In this document: positions 25,271 through 33,954 of the stretch, in pieces | Layout: each line of letters opens with the position of its first letter | Position numbering within the stretch: the stretch's first letter is position 1 | From: a virus | Lineage: Duplodnaviria; Caudoviricetes | Virus record (IMG/VR): IMGVR_UViG_3300020593_000005 | Location: 1-39,664 of that record | Direction: 5' to 3' (one strand) | Length of the DNA: 39,664 bases | Program-made: the position numbers and the translations under genes | The notes under the pieces: generated by a model | Seen by the model: the letters and a program-made list of their open reading frames with translations, nothing else | Databases searched by the model: none | Told to the model about the DNA's origin: nothing

Positions 25271-25714
25271 ATGGCAAATGTGAAAATCGGCTATGGTGCC
25301 GGGCTATGGATCGCGGACGACGCAGACGCTCTGACGGAGATCGCGGAAGTGATTTCGATCAGCCTGCCCAACCCGCAGCAAAACGATGTTCTGGCAACGC
25401 ACTTCAAATCGCCGGGCCGCGCGAATGAGTATGTGCCCGGCTTGATCGACAATGGCGAGGTCACGTTCGGCATCAACTATATCGCTGGCAGCGCGACTGA
25501 CACTCTCATAACCGAGGCGCTGGAAGGCGGCGAAGCGCGCGATGTCGTGGTGGCTATTCCCGCCGGTGCGACGTTCCAGTATTTCGAATATTCGGCGATC
25601 ATCAAGGGGTTTGAAAAGGAAATCCCGATCGATGACCGGCAGACCGCGACGGTCACCATGCGTGTGAACGGCGCTGTCACTCAGTCCAGCGTCAATCCGG
25701 TTCCCGCCCCGTGA
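25271..25714 (+). CDS. Major tail tube protein
   Basis: THFKSPG..EYVPGLIDNGEVTF. Confidence 0.85.
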   Translation: MANVKIGYGAGLWIADDADALTEIAEVISISLPNPQQNDVLATHFKSPGRANEYVPGLIDNGEVTFGINYIAGSATDTLITEALEGGEARDVVVAIPAGATFQYFEYSAIIKGFEKEIPIDDRQTATVTMRVNGAVTQSSVNPVPAP

Positions 25715-26073
25715 CAAATCCGATGAGGGGCGAAGCCTCTTTCGAGGCCGATGGTGAAACCTATGTCATCACCATGAACGCGGATGCGCTGATGATGGCG
25801 GAAAACATCACCGGCAAGCCGATCAGCACCATTCTTGCCCTGTTCGACAGCGGCGCACATCTCGGCATGACGGCGGCACTGGCTTGGTCTGGAACATACC
25901 GGCAATATGCCATCCCATATGACGAAATGGCCGATCGGGTTCTGCGCTGGGGCGTTCCTATGGTGCGCGAAGCCGTATCGAAGGCGATGCAGCACGCATG
26001 GCCTGAAAAGGAGGAAGAGGAGGCAAACCCTCCGAAGCGGGGTCGGAGGAAAGCAGCGGCTGGCACTGGCTGA
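25711..26073 (+). CDS. Tail assembly chaperone (gpG-like)
   Basis: NPMRGEASF; follows the tail tube gene; ends at a slippery site. Confidence 0.8.
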   Translation: MTNPMRGEASFEADGETYVITMNADALMMAENITGKPISTILALFDSGAHLGMTAALAWSGTYRQYAIPYDEMADRVLRWGVPMVREAVSKAMQHAWPEKEEEEANPPKRGRRKAAAGTG

Positions 26074-26345
26074 AGCTCTTTTCGCTGTGGTGCGAAGCTG
26101 GCTTCGACCCCGCGCAATTCTGGTTGCAGACACCTCGCCTCCTGAAGGCGGCGCTCGACGGTTATAGCCAGCGCATTCATTGGGAGCATCGGGACAAAAT
26201 GACCGCCGCATGGCATGGCGCGGCGTTTGGACGGGTGAAAAAAATGCCCGCCCTCGACAAGGTTGTTGGCGAGAAGCGGGCGGTTCCGGTGCATTCGCCA
26301 GAGCAGATGCTGGCGGCGATGCAGTCGCTGGTCGGGAAAAGTTAA
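26025..26345 (+). CDS. Tail assembly chaperone extension (gpT-like), made by -1 frameshift
   Basis: A AAC CCT slippery heptamer at 26025-26031; -1 frame open 26007-26345 and encodes GFDPAQFWLQTPR. Confidence 0.7.
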   Translation, partial: KPSEAGSEESSGWHWLKLFSLWCEAGFDPAQFWLQTPRLLKAALDGYSQRIHWEHRDKMTAAWHGAAFGRVKKMPALDKVVGEKRAVPVHSPEQMLAAMQSLVGKS

Positions 26346-26360
26346 GTGGTCACTAACCAG

Positions 26361-26621
26361 TCATTTGTTGATATTCGACCAATTTTTATAGGCGGCGCTG
26401 GACACGCCGCTTGAGTTCTTCGGCTGAGACTCGTTTTGCGGCTTCTCGAAAAAGCGGTCGCGAAACATCACGCCATGGATGCAGTAAGGTGCTGCCACCA
26501 AAAACACTGCGATTGCCGCCGCTGCTGCTTGTTGGGCGGCTCCTGGCGCGCCCAAAGAGGCGACTATAAGCAGCAGGCCGATTGCTGCTCCTATAAGCGT
26601 TAATATCTTGAAAACCTTCAT
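26361..26621 (-). CDS. Small two-TM membrane protein (moron)
   Basis: GGGAGGG RBS; two hydrophobic helices. Confidence 0.7.
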   Translation of the reverse strand: MKVFKILTLIGAAIGLLLIVASLGAPGAAQQAAAAAIAVFLVAAPYCIHGVMFRDRFFEKPQNESQPKNSSGVSSAAYKNWSNINK

Positions 26622-26698
26622 CTGACCCTCCCATTCTGGAGGGATGTAATCTCAATAGCGGAATGGAAGCAACATACTTGAAACTGGCCGGATGCATT

Positions 26699-26989
26699 TC
26701 ATGATGCCTTCTCCAGCAACCGCTCCACCGCAGCCGGGTCAGTCTTAATCATCGAGAGCAAGACGCGCGCCGGGGCGTCAGGGTTGCGTCGCCCCTGCTC
26801 CCAATCGCGCACCGTGCCGATGGGTAAATGGTAGGTCGATGCGAACGCCTGCTGGGTTTTCTTTGTAGCCGCGCGGATCGCCTTCACGTCCACCGGCTCA
26901 TGAATAACATAGCCTTCACGCGCCCCAGATTTATAGGCGTCAACCTCAGCAAGGCCACGCTTCAGGCTCTCAAAGTCCTCGTTCGTCAC
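26699..26989 (-). CDS. HigA-like XRE antitoxin
   Basis: DVKAIR..TQQAFA...GTVRDWEQGRRNP. Confidence 0.88.
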   Translation of the reverse strand: MTNEDFESLKRGLAEVDAYKSGAREGYVIHEPVDVKAIRAATKKTQQAFASTYHLPIGTVRDWEQGRRNPDAPARVLLSMIKTDPAAVERLLEKAS

Positions 26990-27300
26990 TTGCCTTTTCC
27001 TTTCTTCAAATCACTCTTTTGTGCGGCGGTCAGGTTGGCTTGCTTACCCTTCGAAATGACAGTCAGGACGAAAACCGGCTCATCTTCCATAGTGTAGAAG
27101 GTGATGACCCGATAACCGCCAGACTTGCCTTTGCCTTCCTTCGCGATGCGGACCTTGCGGCATCCACCTGTGCCGGGGATGATATCTCCCGCATCAGGAT
27201 TGTTCGCAAGGAACTCAACGGCGGCCTCGCGCTCCCCGTCTGTCATGCCAGCCTTCTTGGCGGCGCTAAGATATTCGGGCGTTTCGACTACCGTATGCAT
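26986..27300 (-). CDS. RelE/HigB-family toxin
   Basis: NPDAGDIIPGTGGCRKVR...GKSGGYRVITFY; toxin-first order. Confidence 0.9.
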   Translation of the reverse strand: MHTVVETPEYLSAAKKAGMTDGEREAAVEFLANNPDAGDIIPGTGGCRKVRIAKEGKGKSGGYRVITFYTMEDEPVFVLTVISKGKQANLTAAQKSDLKKGKGK

Positions 27301-27306
27301 AAAGAG

Positions 27307-27360
27307 CATATACGGCATTGCCGTATCATAAGCAAGCGTGAAAGCGCGGCATTGCCGTAT
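27307..27360 (-). promoter_or_regulatory. Toxin-antitoxin promoter with palindromic operators
   Basis: ATACGGCA-T-TGCCGTAT (27310-27326) and a second partial copy (27347-27360); minus-strand TTGCTT-N17-TATATG. Confidence 0.7.
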
Positions 27361-27377
27361 ACTTTTAGGAGGCTATT

Positions 27378-29897
27378 TTGGCAAAATCCGTCATCGGCGC
27401 TTTGCGCGTCACGCTTGGACTGGACTCCGCTGAGTTCGAAACTGGCATCAAGCGCGCGTCTAAAACTAACCAGCAGTTCGTGCGTTCGGCAAAGGAAGTT
27501 CGAGGCGCGTCCGATCAGATTTCCCGCTCTTTGCGAGGAATAGGTGCCGCCGTAGGCATCACGTCCATCACAGCAGCGGGCGCGGCCTTCCTCAAGCTCG
27601 CAGACCAGTCGAAGCAGCTTGCCGCTCAACTCAGACTTGCCACGGCACAGTTCGGCAGCTTTGGACAGGCTCAGCAGGACGTGAACCGGATCGCAGCGGA
27701 CACCCGCAACGGCCTCTCGGAAACGGGCACTCTCTACGCGAATTTCATGCGCGCCACGAGGGAACTCGGCGGCCAACAATGGGAAGCTGCCCGCGCCACC
27801 GAAACCTTCTCCAAAACACTGAAGGTCAGCGGCGCCAGTCAAGCCGAAGCTGCCAGTGCAACGCTTCAGTTCGGACAGGCGCTCGCCTCCGGCGTGCTGC
27901 GGGGCGACGAGTTCAACAGCATCATGGAATCGTCGCCACGTCTCGCCCGGCTGTTGGCGGATAGCCTGGGTGTGCCGGTCGGCAGCCTGCGGAAAATGGC
28001 TGAGGAAGGGCAGTTGACTGCGGACAAGCTGTTCAAGGCCCTGACAGATCGCAAGTTTACCGATGCGATTGACGCTGAGTTCAAACAAATGCCGGTCACG
28101 TTCGATGAGGCCATGCAGCAGGTTCGCAACGCGGCTGTGACCACCTTCGGCGATTTTGACCGGGGCGGACAGTTTTCCACCGCCCTCGCCAATTTCGTCA
28201 CGGATGGCGCGAAGGGCTTTGACGATATGGGGTCTGCTGCCGAACGTTTCGGTATAACGACCCGCCAGCAGATCAATTCAGTTTCAGAGGCGGTTAAGCC
28301 TTTAATCGACTTACTCGGTCAAGTGCGCGGATTGCTTTCGGGTATTGAAAATAGTGTCCCGAAGGGAGCGAAGATCAGTCCAGAGGGGGTGGCATCGGGC
28401 ACTGACTTCTTGACCGGGCTGTGGCGGCGACCGCAGGCATTTGGTCGCGGGATTTATTCAGCGGCAACCGGCGGGACGTTTCGCAAGGGCTTTGATGATT
28501 TCATGACGAACACTAGCGCTTCCGCGCTGGTGAACCGAACGAACGCAAATATCAATAATGCTAATACGAAGGCCACACTTGATCGGATCATGCAGGGCAA
28601 CCCCCTGCGAGACGCGCCGAAGACGCCCTCAATTCTCAAGCCCACCACCACCGCTGCTGCCGATGACAAGGCGAGTAAAAAAGCTGCGCGCGAGACAGAA
28701 GCCGCCCGCAAAAAAGCCCAGCGCGAGGCGGAGCGCGCCGCTGATGCCCTGCGCCGCTTCACTGACGATCTCGCTCGCGAAAATGCCGATCTCGTTTCGA
28801 CCACGGCGGATTTGACCGGGACGATCGAGGCGCGCCGCGACGCTGATCTCAATCAGATCGAAGTCGATCGGCAGGTTCGGGAGCGCGCTATACAGTCGGA
28901 CGACGATATTGATGCCGCGAAAAAGCAGCAGCTTATCGAACTGAATAATCAGAACGCGCAGGCGCGCAAGAATCTGGCGACGCAGCGCGCGAAGGAAGAA
29001 ATCGACCAGCGCACCATCAGGCAAGAGCGCGACCGGGCAGATCTAGCGATTGAACTGATGAGCCTGTCCGCCGATGCAGCGCGCACGGCTCGCGAGCGCC
29101 GTGCCGTCGAATTGCGGATACTCGACGCGCAATTCGATATTGAGCGGCGCACGCTGGAAATAGAGGCAGCGTCGAGCGACCTGGAAACGGCCACGCGCGC
29201 GCGCGCAAGACTGATGGCGCTTCCGGCCCTTCAGGCTGGCGCGCGGGATCAGGTCACGCGGCAAGCACAAGGTCCGCTGGAAGCCTATCTGGATCGCCTG
29301 CCCCGCTCGGCTGACGAAGCTCGCGAGGCGCTGGAGCGCGTGCAGGTCGATGGTATTGACGGCATTGTCAACGGCCTTGCCGATGCTGCGACGGGCGCGC
29401 GATCTCTCGGCGACGTGTTCAAGAGCGTCACCAACCAGATCATCGCCGACCTCATCCGCATCCAGTTGCAGAAGGCGATTGTCGGCGGCCTGTCGAACGT
29501 CCTGGGGGGTGTGTTTGGCGGCAATCCGCTTGCCGGATCGCTCACGACGGCCAGCAATAATGTCGCGAGCCTTGCGGCCAATGTCGGCAAATCGCCATTC
29601 GCTGATCTTCCCGGCTTCGCAACCGGCGGCAGCTTCCGGGTAGGTGGCGTGCCGGGGATCGACAAGAACGTCGTCGCCTTCAAGGCCACACGTGGCGAAA
29701 TGGTCGATATTCGTAAACCCGGCAATGACAACGGCGCTGGCGGTATCGCGCATATCGTTCCCTCGCCATACTTCGATGTGGTCGTGGACAAGCGCGCTGC
29801 CGGCGTGGCTCAGCCAATGGCGATGCAGGCTGCAACCGCAGGATCGACTGGTGCGCAGGTCGCTATGGCACGCCAGCGCAGCAGGATCATTCCATGA
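27378..29897 (+). CDS. Tape measure protein
   Basis: AGGAGG RBS with TTG start; QFGQALASGVLRGDEFNSIME; C-terminal PGFATGG. Confidence 0.93.
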   Translation: MAKSVIGALRVTLGLDSAEFETGIKRASKTNQQFVRSAKEVRGASDQISRSLRGIGAAVGITSITAAGAAFLKLADQSKQLAAQLRLATAQFGSFGQAQQDVNRIAADTRNGLSETGTLYANFMRATRELGGQQWEAARATETFSKTLKVSGASQAEAASATLQFGQALASGVLRGDEFNSIMESSPRLARLLADSLGVPVGSLRKMAEEGQLTADKLFKALTDRKFTDAIDAEFKQMPVTFDEAMQQVRNAAVTTFGDFDRGGQFSTALANFVTDGAKGFDDMGSAAERFGITTRQQINSVSEAVKPLIDLLGQVRGLLSGIENSVPKGAKISPEGVASGTDFLTGLWRRPQAFGRGIYSAATGGTFRKGFDDFMTNTSASALVNRTNANINNANTKATLDRIMQGNPLRDAPKTPSILKPTTTAAADDKASKKAARETEAARKKAQREAERAADALRRFTDDLARENADLVSTTADLTGTIEARRDADLNQIEVDRQVRERAIQSDDDIDAAKKQQLIELNNQNAQARKNLATQRAKEEIDQRTIRQERDRADLAIELMSLSADAARTARERRAVELRILDAQFDIERRTLEIEAASSDLETATRARARLMALPALQAGARDQVTRQAQGPLEAYLDRLPRSADEAREALERVQVDGIDGIVNGLADAATGARSLGDVFKSVTNQIIADLIRIQLQKAIVGGLSNVLGGVFGGNPLAGSLTTASNNVASLAANVGKSPFADLPGFATGGSFRVGGVPGIDKNVVAFKATRGEMVDIRKPGNDNGAGGIAHIVPSPYFDVVVDKRAAGVAQPMAMQAATAGSTGAQVAMARQRSRIIP

Positions 29898-30487
29898 TTG
29901 ATCTGCCGGACTATCCATCGCCGAACGGCGCCACGCCCCGCGTGCTCGATTTCGGCGGCTTTCTTGAGCCTGCCAGCGGCGCGCAGGTGCAGCGCATCAA
30001 TCGGATGGGGAGCCGCTATGCGGTTGCCTTCACAATGCCGCCGCTATCGAACCAGAAGCATGGCCGCATCTGGGTTAATCGCTTGGTGCGGGGTCAGCAG
30101 GAGGGCGCGCGGATCGAGTATCCCCTGCTCGACTTCTATCCCGGGACGCCGGGCAATTTCGTTGTCGACGGGGCTGGGCAGGCAGGTAAATCGCTGCACA
30201 TCAGGGGCGGCACCCCGCATTACGCCTTCTATGAAGGTCAGCCATTCAGCCTCGAAATCGACGGACAGCATTATCTGGACTTCATTGCCGCCGGGACGAT
30301 CGCGGATGCCTCTGGCGATGCCACGATCACGCTAACCCAGATGCTACGCGCTGAACCGGCCGATGGTGACCCCCTGCACATTTCCAAGCCGATGATCGAG
30401 GGTTTCATCATGGGCGATCAGCTGTCCTGGAGCATCTCAGTAGAGCGCCTGATTGGCATCTCTTTCGAAATCCATGAGGCGGCGTGA
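29894..30487 (+). CDS. Distal tail protein (Dit-like)
   Basis: Position directly after the tape measure gene; ATGA coupling. Confidence 0.65.
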   Translation: MIDLPDYPSPNGATPRVLDFGGFLEPASGAQVQRINRMGSRYAVAFTMPPLSNQKHGRIWVNRLVRGQQEGARIEYPLLDFYPGTPGNFVVDGAGQAGKSLHIRGGTPHYAFYEGQPFSLEIDGQHYLDFIAAGTIADASGDATITLTQMLRAEPADGDPLHISKPMIEGFIMGDQLSWSISVERLIGISFEIHEAA

Positions 30488-31041
30488 TGCCCTTCACTTC
30501 CCGCGTCCTTCATCTCGTGGCGCTGATGCAGATTGACCTTCCCGCCCGCACCGTTCGGCTGTGCGATGGCGGCTTCGTCTACTGGAGCGGGAACAAGTTC
30601 GAGGGCGTTGACCAAGAGTTCGGCGCGATCGCGGCAGCGGAAACCTTTGAGGAAAAGACAGGCGATGAAGCGCCCGGGGGGAAACTGACCTTCCTGCCGC
30701 CATCGTCAACCGCTGCAACGTCCCTGACTGATCCGGCATATCAGGGCGCGCGCATGCGCTTCTGGCTTGGCGAGATGGATGCGGAAACAGGAACGATCAC
30801 CGGGACGCCCGAACTGACGGCGGATCTTGCGATCGATACTGTGACGCTGAAGGTCGGCAAAGGCACCCGAGCGGTCGATATTGAGTTCGAGAGCGCGGCC
30901 AAGCGCCTCTTCATGGTCATGCGGGGCAATGCCCTGAACGACCGCTTTCACCAAGCTTGCTATCCGGGAGAGAAAGGCATGGCGAACGCCACGGGCATGC
31001 CTCGCTCCACCGCATGGGGCGCGGCGACACCGAACGCATGA
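30487..31041 (+). CDS. Minor tail / hub protein
   Basis: Position; C-terminal HQACYPGEKG...WG. Confidence 0.65.
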   Translation: MPFTSRVLHLVALMQIDLPARTVRLCDGGFVYWSGNKFEGVDQEFGAIAAAETFEEKTGDEAPGGKLTFLPPSSTAATSLTDPAYQGARMRFWLGEMDAETGTITGTPELTADLAIDTVTLKVGKGTRAVDIEFESAAKRLFMVMRGNALNDRFHQACYPGEKGMANATGMPRSTAWGAATPNA

Positions 31042-31436
31042 ACGACATGCTCAGGCGGCAAGCCGCCCTCGAAAAGACGCTGGCGAAGTATCGCAAGCGA
31101 GCGCTGGACTTCGCCAGCGCGGATTGCGTTCGGATGGCGCGGTTCCACCTGTTGCAGATGGGGCACAAGCCGCCCGTGTTGCCGCGCTATCGCTCCCTCG
31201 CTGGGGCCATTCGTGCGCTGAAACAGGCGGGAGGAATGGAGGTTATTTTCGACAGCCTGCTGCCCCGCATTCCGCATGCTCGCATGCTGCCCGGGGACAT
31301 CGCCCTGCTGGAAGGCGACAACGGTATGGACGCAGTCGTGATTTGCGTGGGGCACAAGGTCATCGGATGGCATGAAGGCAGCGATCAGATGGTCAATATG
31401 ATCCCGCTGGAAATCAAGGCGGCCTGGAGGGCTTGA
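31038..31436 (+). CDS. NlpC/P60-like tail-tip peptidase
   Basis: DF...DCV; PGDIA. Confidence 0.65.
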   Translation: MNDMLRRQAALEKTLAKYRKRALDFASADCVRMARFHLLQMGHKPPVLPRYRSLAGAIRALKQAGGMEVIFDSLLPRIPHARMLPGDIALLEGDNGMDAVVICVGHKVIGWHEGSDQMVNMIPLEIKAAWRA

Positions 31437-33091
31437 TGGCTAAGGCCCTCGCAAAGGTCGCCATGCTGGCCGGCGCTGTCGCTCTCGTCGCTACAGGTGT
31501 GGGTGCTGCGGGTGGCGCGGGCCTCCTTTCCATGAGCGCATCAACAGCCGCTACCGTGACGACGGTTGCACAGGTGGCAACGGTCGTCGCTGCCGCTGCG
31601 TCTGTCGGTGCCCAGCTCATGGCGAAAAAACCTGGCGCTATTGGCGCTGTGAACCAGGTTACGATCGGCGCCAATTCGCCCATCCCTTATGGTGTGGGAC
31701 GCTGCTTCTATGCGGGCAGCCAGGTTCATGACGTCGGCTGGGGGAACAAGGTCAACAAGACGAAGAACCCGATCCTGTCGAAGGCTTTCATCTGGAGCGG
31801 CGGCGGACCGATTGAGGGGATCGAAGCCTTCCTGATGGATTGGCAGCCGGTCACCTTCTACGGCACCTCGGCATCCGGCTATTATGGCGGCTGGCTCTGG
31901 AGCGATAACCAACTCGGCTTGCGTCCCGAACCGGACGCACTCTCTCCGCCTATCGGCCTGTGGGGCGTATCCATGCCCGACTGGGGCAACGACTATAAGC
32001 TGTCCGGCTATGCTGCGAGCGTGATCAGCTTCAAGTTCGACCGCGACAACAAGGTATGGGCGAACGGCATTCCTGCCTTCGGCGTCGTGGGCAAATGGGC
32101 GCGGGTCTACGATCCCCGGAAGGACAGCACCTATCCCGGCGGCGACGGCGATCATCGCTTTGCGGACGAAGACACATTCGAGTTCGACCGCAACGTCGCG
32201 CTGAACGCCATCACCTATGCGCGTGGACGCTATGCCATCGACACGACGACTGGCGAACAGACCATCAAGGTTGTCGGCTGCGGGTTCCCCTATGAGGCTT
32301 TCGACTGGCCGCAATGGGTCGCCTTCGCCAATCTCTGTGAAGCGAACGGCTGGAACAGCGACGGCACGGTCTTCGACGGCCCGGGCATCAGCCTGTGGGA
32401 CAATCTGAAGCGCATCTGCATCGCAGGCGGTGGCGTCCCGGTCATCTCCGGCGGCCTGCTCTCAGTTCGCTTCCAGTCGCCGAAGGTCGCGCTCGACACC
32501 ATCACGCCCGATGATTTCGCAGACGGCGAGCGGATCGTGCCCGGGATGCGCACCTATCGCGACCGCATCAACACCATGGTCCCGAAATACCGCTCGGAGG
32601 CCAACAAGTGGGAATATGTCCAGTCCGAGGCCGTCAGCTTCGAGAGCTACATCACCCTCGATGGGGAGCCGAAGGAAGAGGAATATCTCTGCGAGCTGGT
32701 GACGGACAAGGATCAGGCCGCTCAGCTAACCGCCTATGAACTGTTCAACCGGCGCGAGCTTTCCGGGATCACGATCCCGTGCAAGCCCCGCCTGTGGGAG
32801 GCTCGCCTAGGCGAAGCCTATCAGGTAGTCGATCCTGACACGGGCCTCGACCATCTCTGTGTCGTTGCCGCGATCAGCAAGGACGTTTCCACCGGCACGG
32901 TCACCCTGACCTTCGAAACCGAGACGACGGAAAAGCACGCCCTTGCGCTCGCCATGACGGGCACCGCGCCACCGCCGCCGACCCTCGTGCCTCCCGGCCA
33001 AGCCGATGGCGATGCATGGGCCGGTGACACGACCTTCGACAGCGGCGTGGTTTCCTTCGACGCCACCACCTTCACATTTGACGAGGCATAG
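31436..33091 (+). CDS. Tail tip / central fibre protein (gpJ-like)
   Basis: IPYGVGR, VYDPRKDST, INTMVPKY motifs. Confidence 0.8.
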   Translation: MAKALAKVAMLAGAVALVATGVGAAGGAGLLSMSASTAATVTTVAQVATVVAAAASVGAQLMAKKPGAIGAVNQVTIGANSPIPYGVGRCFYAGSQVHDVGWGNKVNKTKNPILSKAFIWSGGGPIEGIEAFLMDWQPVTFYGTSASGYYGGWLWSDNQLGLRPEPDALSPPIGLWGVSMPDWGNDYKLSGYAASVISFKFDRDNKVWANGIPAFGVVGKWARVYDPRKDSTYPGGDGDHRFADEDTFEFDRNVALNAITYARGRYAIDTTTGEQTIKVVGCGFPYEAFDWPQWVAFANLCEANGWNSDGTVFDGPGISLWDNLKRICIAGGGVPVISGGLLSVRFQSPKVALDTITPDDFADGERIVPGMRTYRDRINTMVPKYRSEANKWEYVQSEAVSFESYITLDGEPKEEEYLCELVTDKDQAAQLTAYELFNRRELSGITIPCKPRLWEARLGEAYQVVDPDTGLDHLCVVAAISKDVSTGTVTLTFETETTEKHALALAMTGTAPPPPTLVPPGQADGDAWAGDTTFDSGVVSFDATTFTFDEA

Positions 33092-33547
33092 ATGGCCAAA
33101 CAGACGATCGGCATCGGAAGCGCCGCCAATGACGGCACCGGCGATGATCTTCGCACCGCGGGCGAGAAGATCAACGAGAACTTCACCGAACTCTATGGTG
33201 CGATCTTTACGGCCGTCGCTGGCGGCGCGCTCGCGGGAACAGAGAAGTTCGTTGGCTTCGATGGTGCCACCGCTAAGACCTGGCTGGCCTCACAGATCGC
33301 CGCTTATATCACTGCTCAGATCGTCGACAGCGCACCCTCGACGCTCGACACGCTGAACGAGCTCGCCGCCGCACTGGCTGATGATCCCAACTTCGCCACC
33401 ACCATGACGACCGCACTGGCCGGCAAGCAGCCGCTCAGCAGCAAGCTGACCGCCATCGCAGACGCCACGCCGATCGCGGACGGCGATCATGTCGTTGGCG
33501 GCATCACGATCACCACCGCCGGCGGCATCATCACCGCCCTCGCCTGA
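33092..33547 (+). CDS. Short tail-fibre-like protein
   Basis: MAKQTIGIGSAANDGTGDDLRTAGEKINENFTELY plus SAPSTLDTLNELAAALADDPNFATT. Confidence 0.75.
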   Translation: MAKQTIGIGSAANDGTGDDLRTAGEKINENFTELYGAIFTAVAGGALAGTEKFVGFDGATAKTWLASQIAAYITAQIVDSAPSTLDTLNELAAALADDPNFATTMTTALAGKQPLSSKLTAIADATPIADGDHVVGGITITTAGGIITALA

Positions 33548-33558
33548 CCGGAGAAACC

Positions 33559-33954
33559 ATGACTATCACGCGCGACTTGCTCGCGGCGCGGAACAGGCTG
33601 TTCGCGCCGACGATGGAGCTTGAATATAAGGGTGACCCGCTGCCGCTGACCGGCGCGTCGATTTCCATGCAGGTGCGGCTCTATCCCGGTGCGGATGGCG
33701 CGGCGCTGGCGGAACATGCCGCCATCCCCTTCGAGGATGTGGCGCACGACACGGAAGGAGGCGTGCGCGTGCTTCGCCTCAATCCCGAGATCTCGCAGGC
33801 GATCCTCGTCGCATTTCCGACCGGCCTCAACCAGCCCGAGGTCGGGGAGGCCGACGCCTACGCCTATGAAATCAAGCTGACCTATGCCGATGGCGCGGCC
33901 GACGCGCTCTGGATCGGCAATTTCATCCTCGAACCCGGAGTGAACGAAGCATGA
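33559..33954 (+). CDS. Baseplate upper / fibre adaptor-like protein
   Basis: PLTGASISMQVR...YAYEI...GNF.LEPGV. Confidence 0.6.
   Translation: MTITRDLLAARNRLFAPTMELEYKGDPLPLTGASISMQVRLYPGADGAALAEHAAIPFEDVAHDTEGGVRVLRLNPEISQAILVAFPTGLNQPEVGEADAYAYEIKLTYADGAADALWIGNFILEPGVNEA

Noticed and set aside
28255-28600. AT-richer patch in the tape measure gene as a possible intein or intron
   Set aside because: The frame is intact and no intein or intron motifs are present; more likely a recombined variable segment
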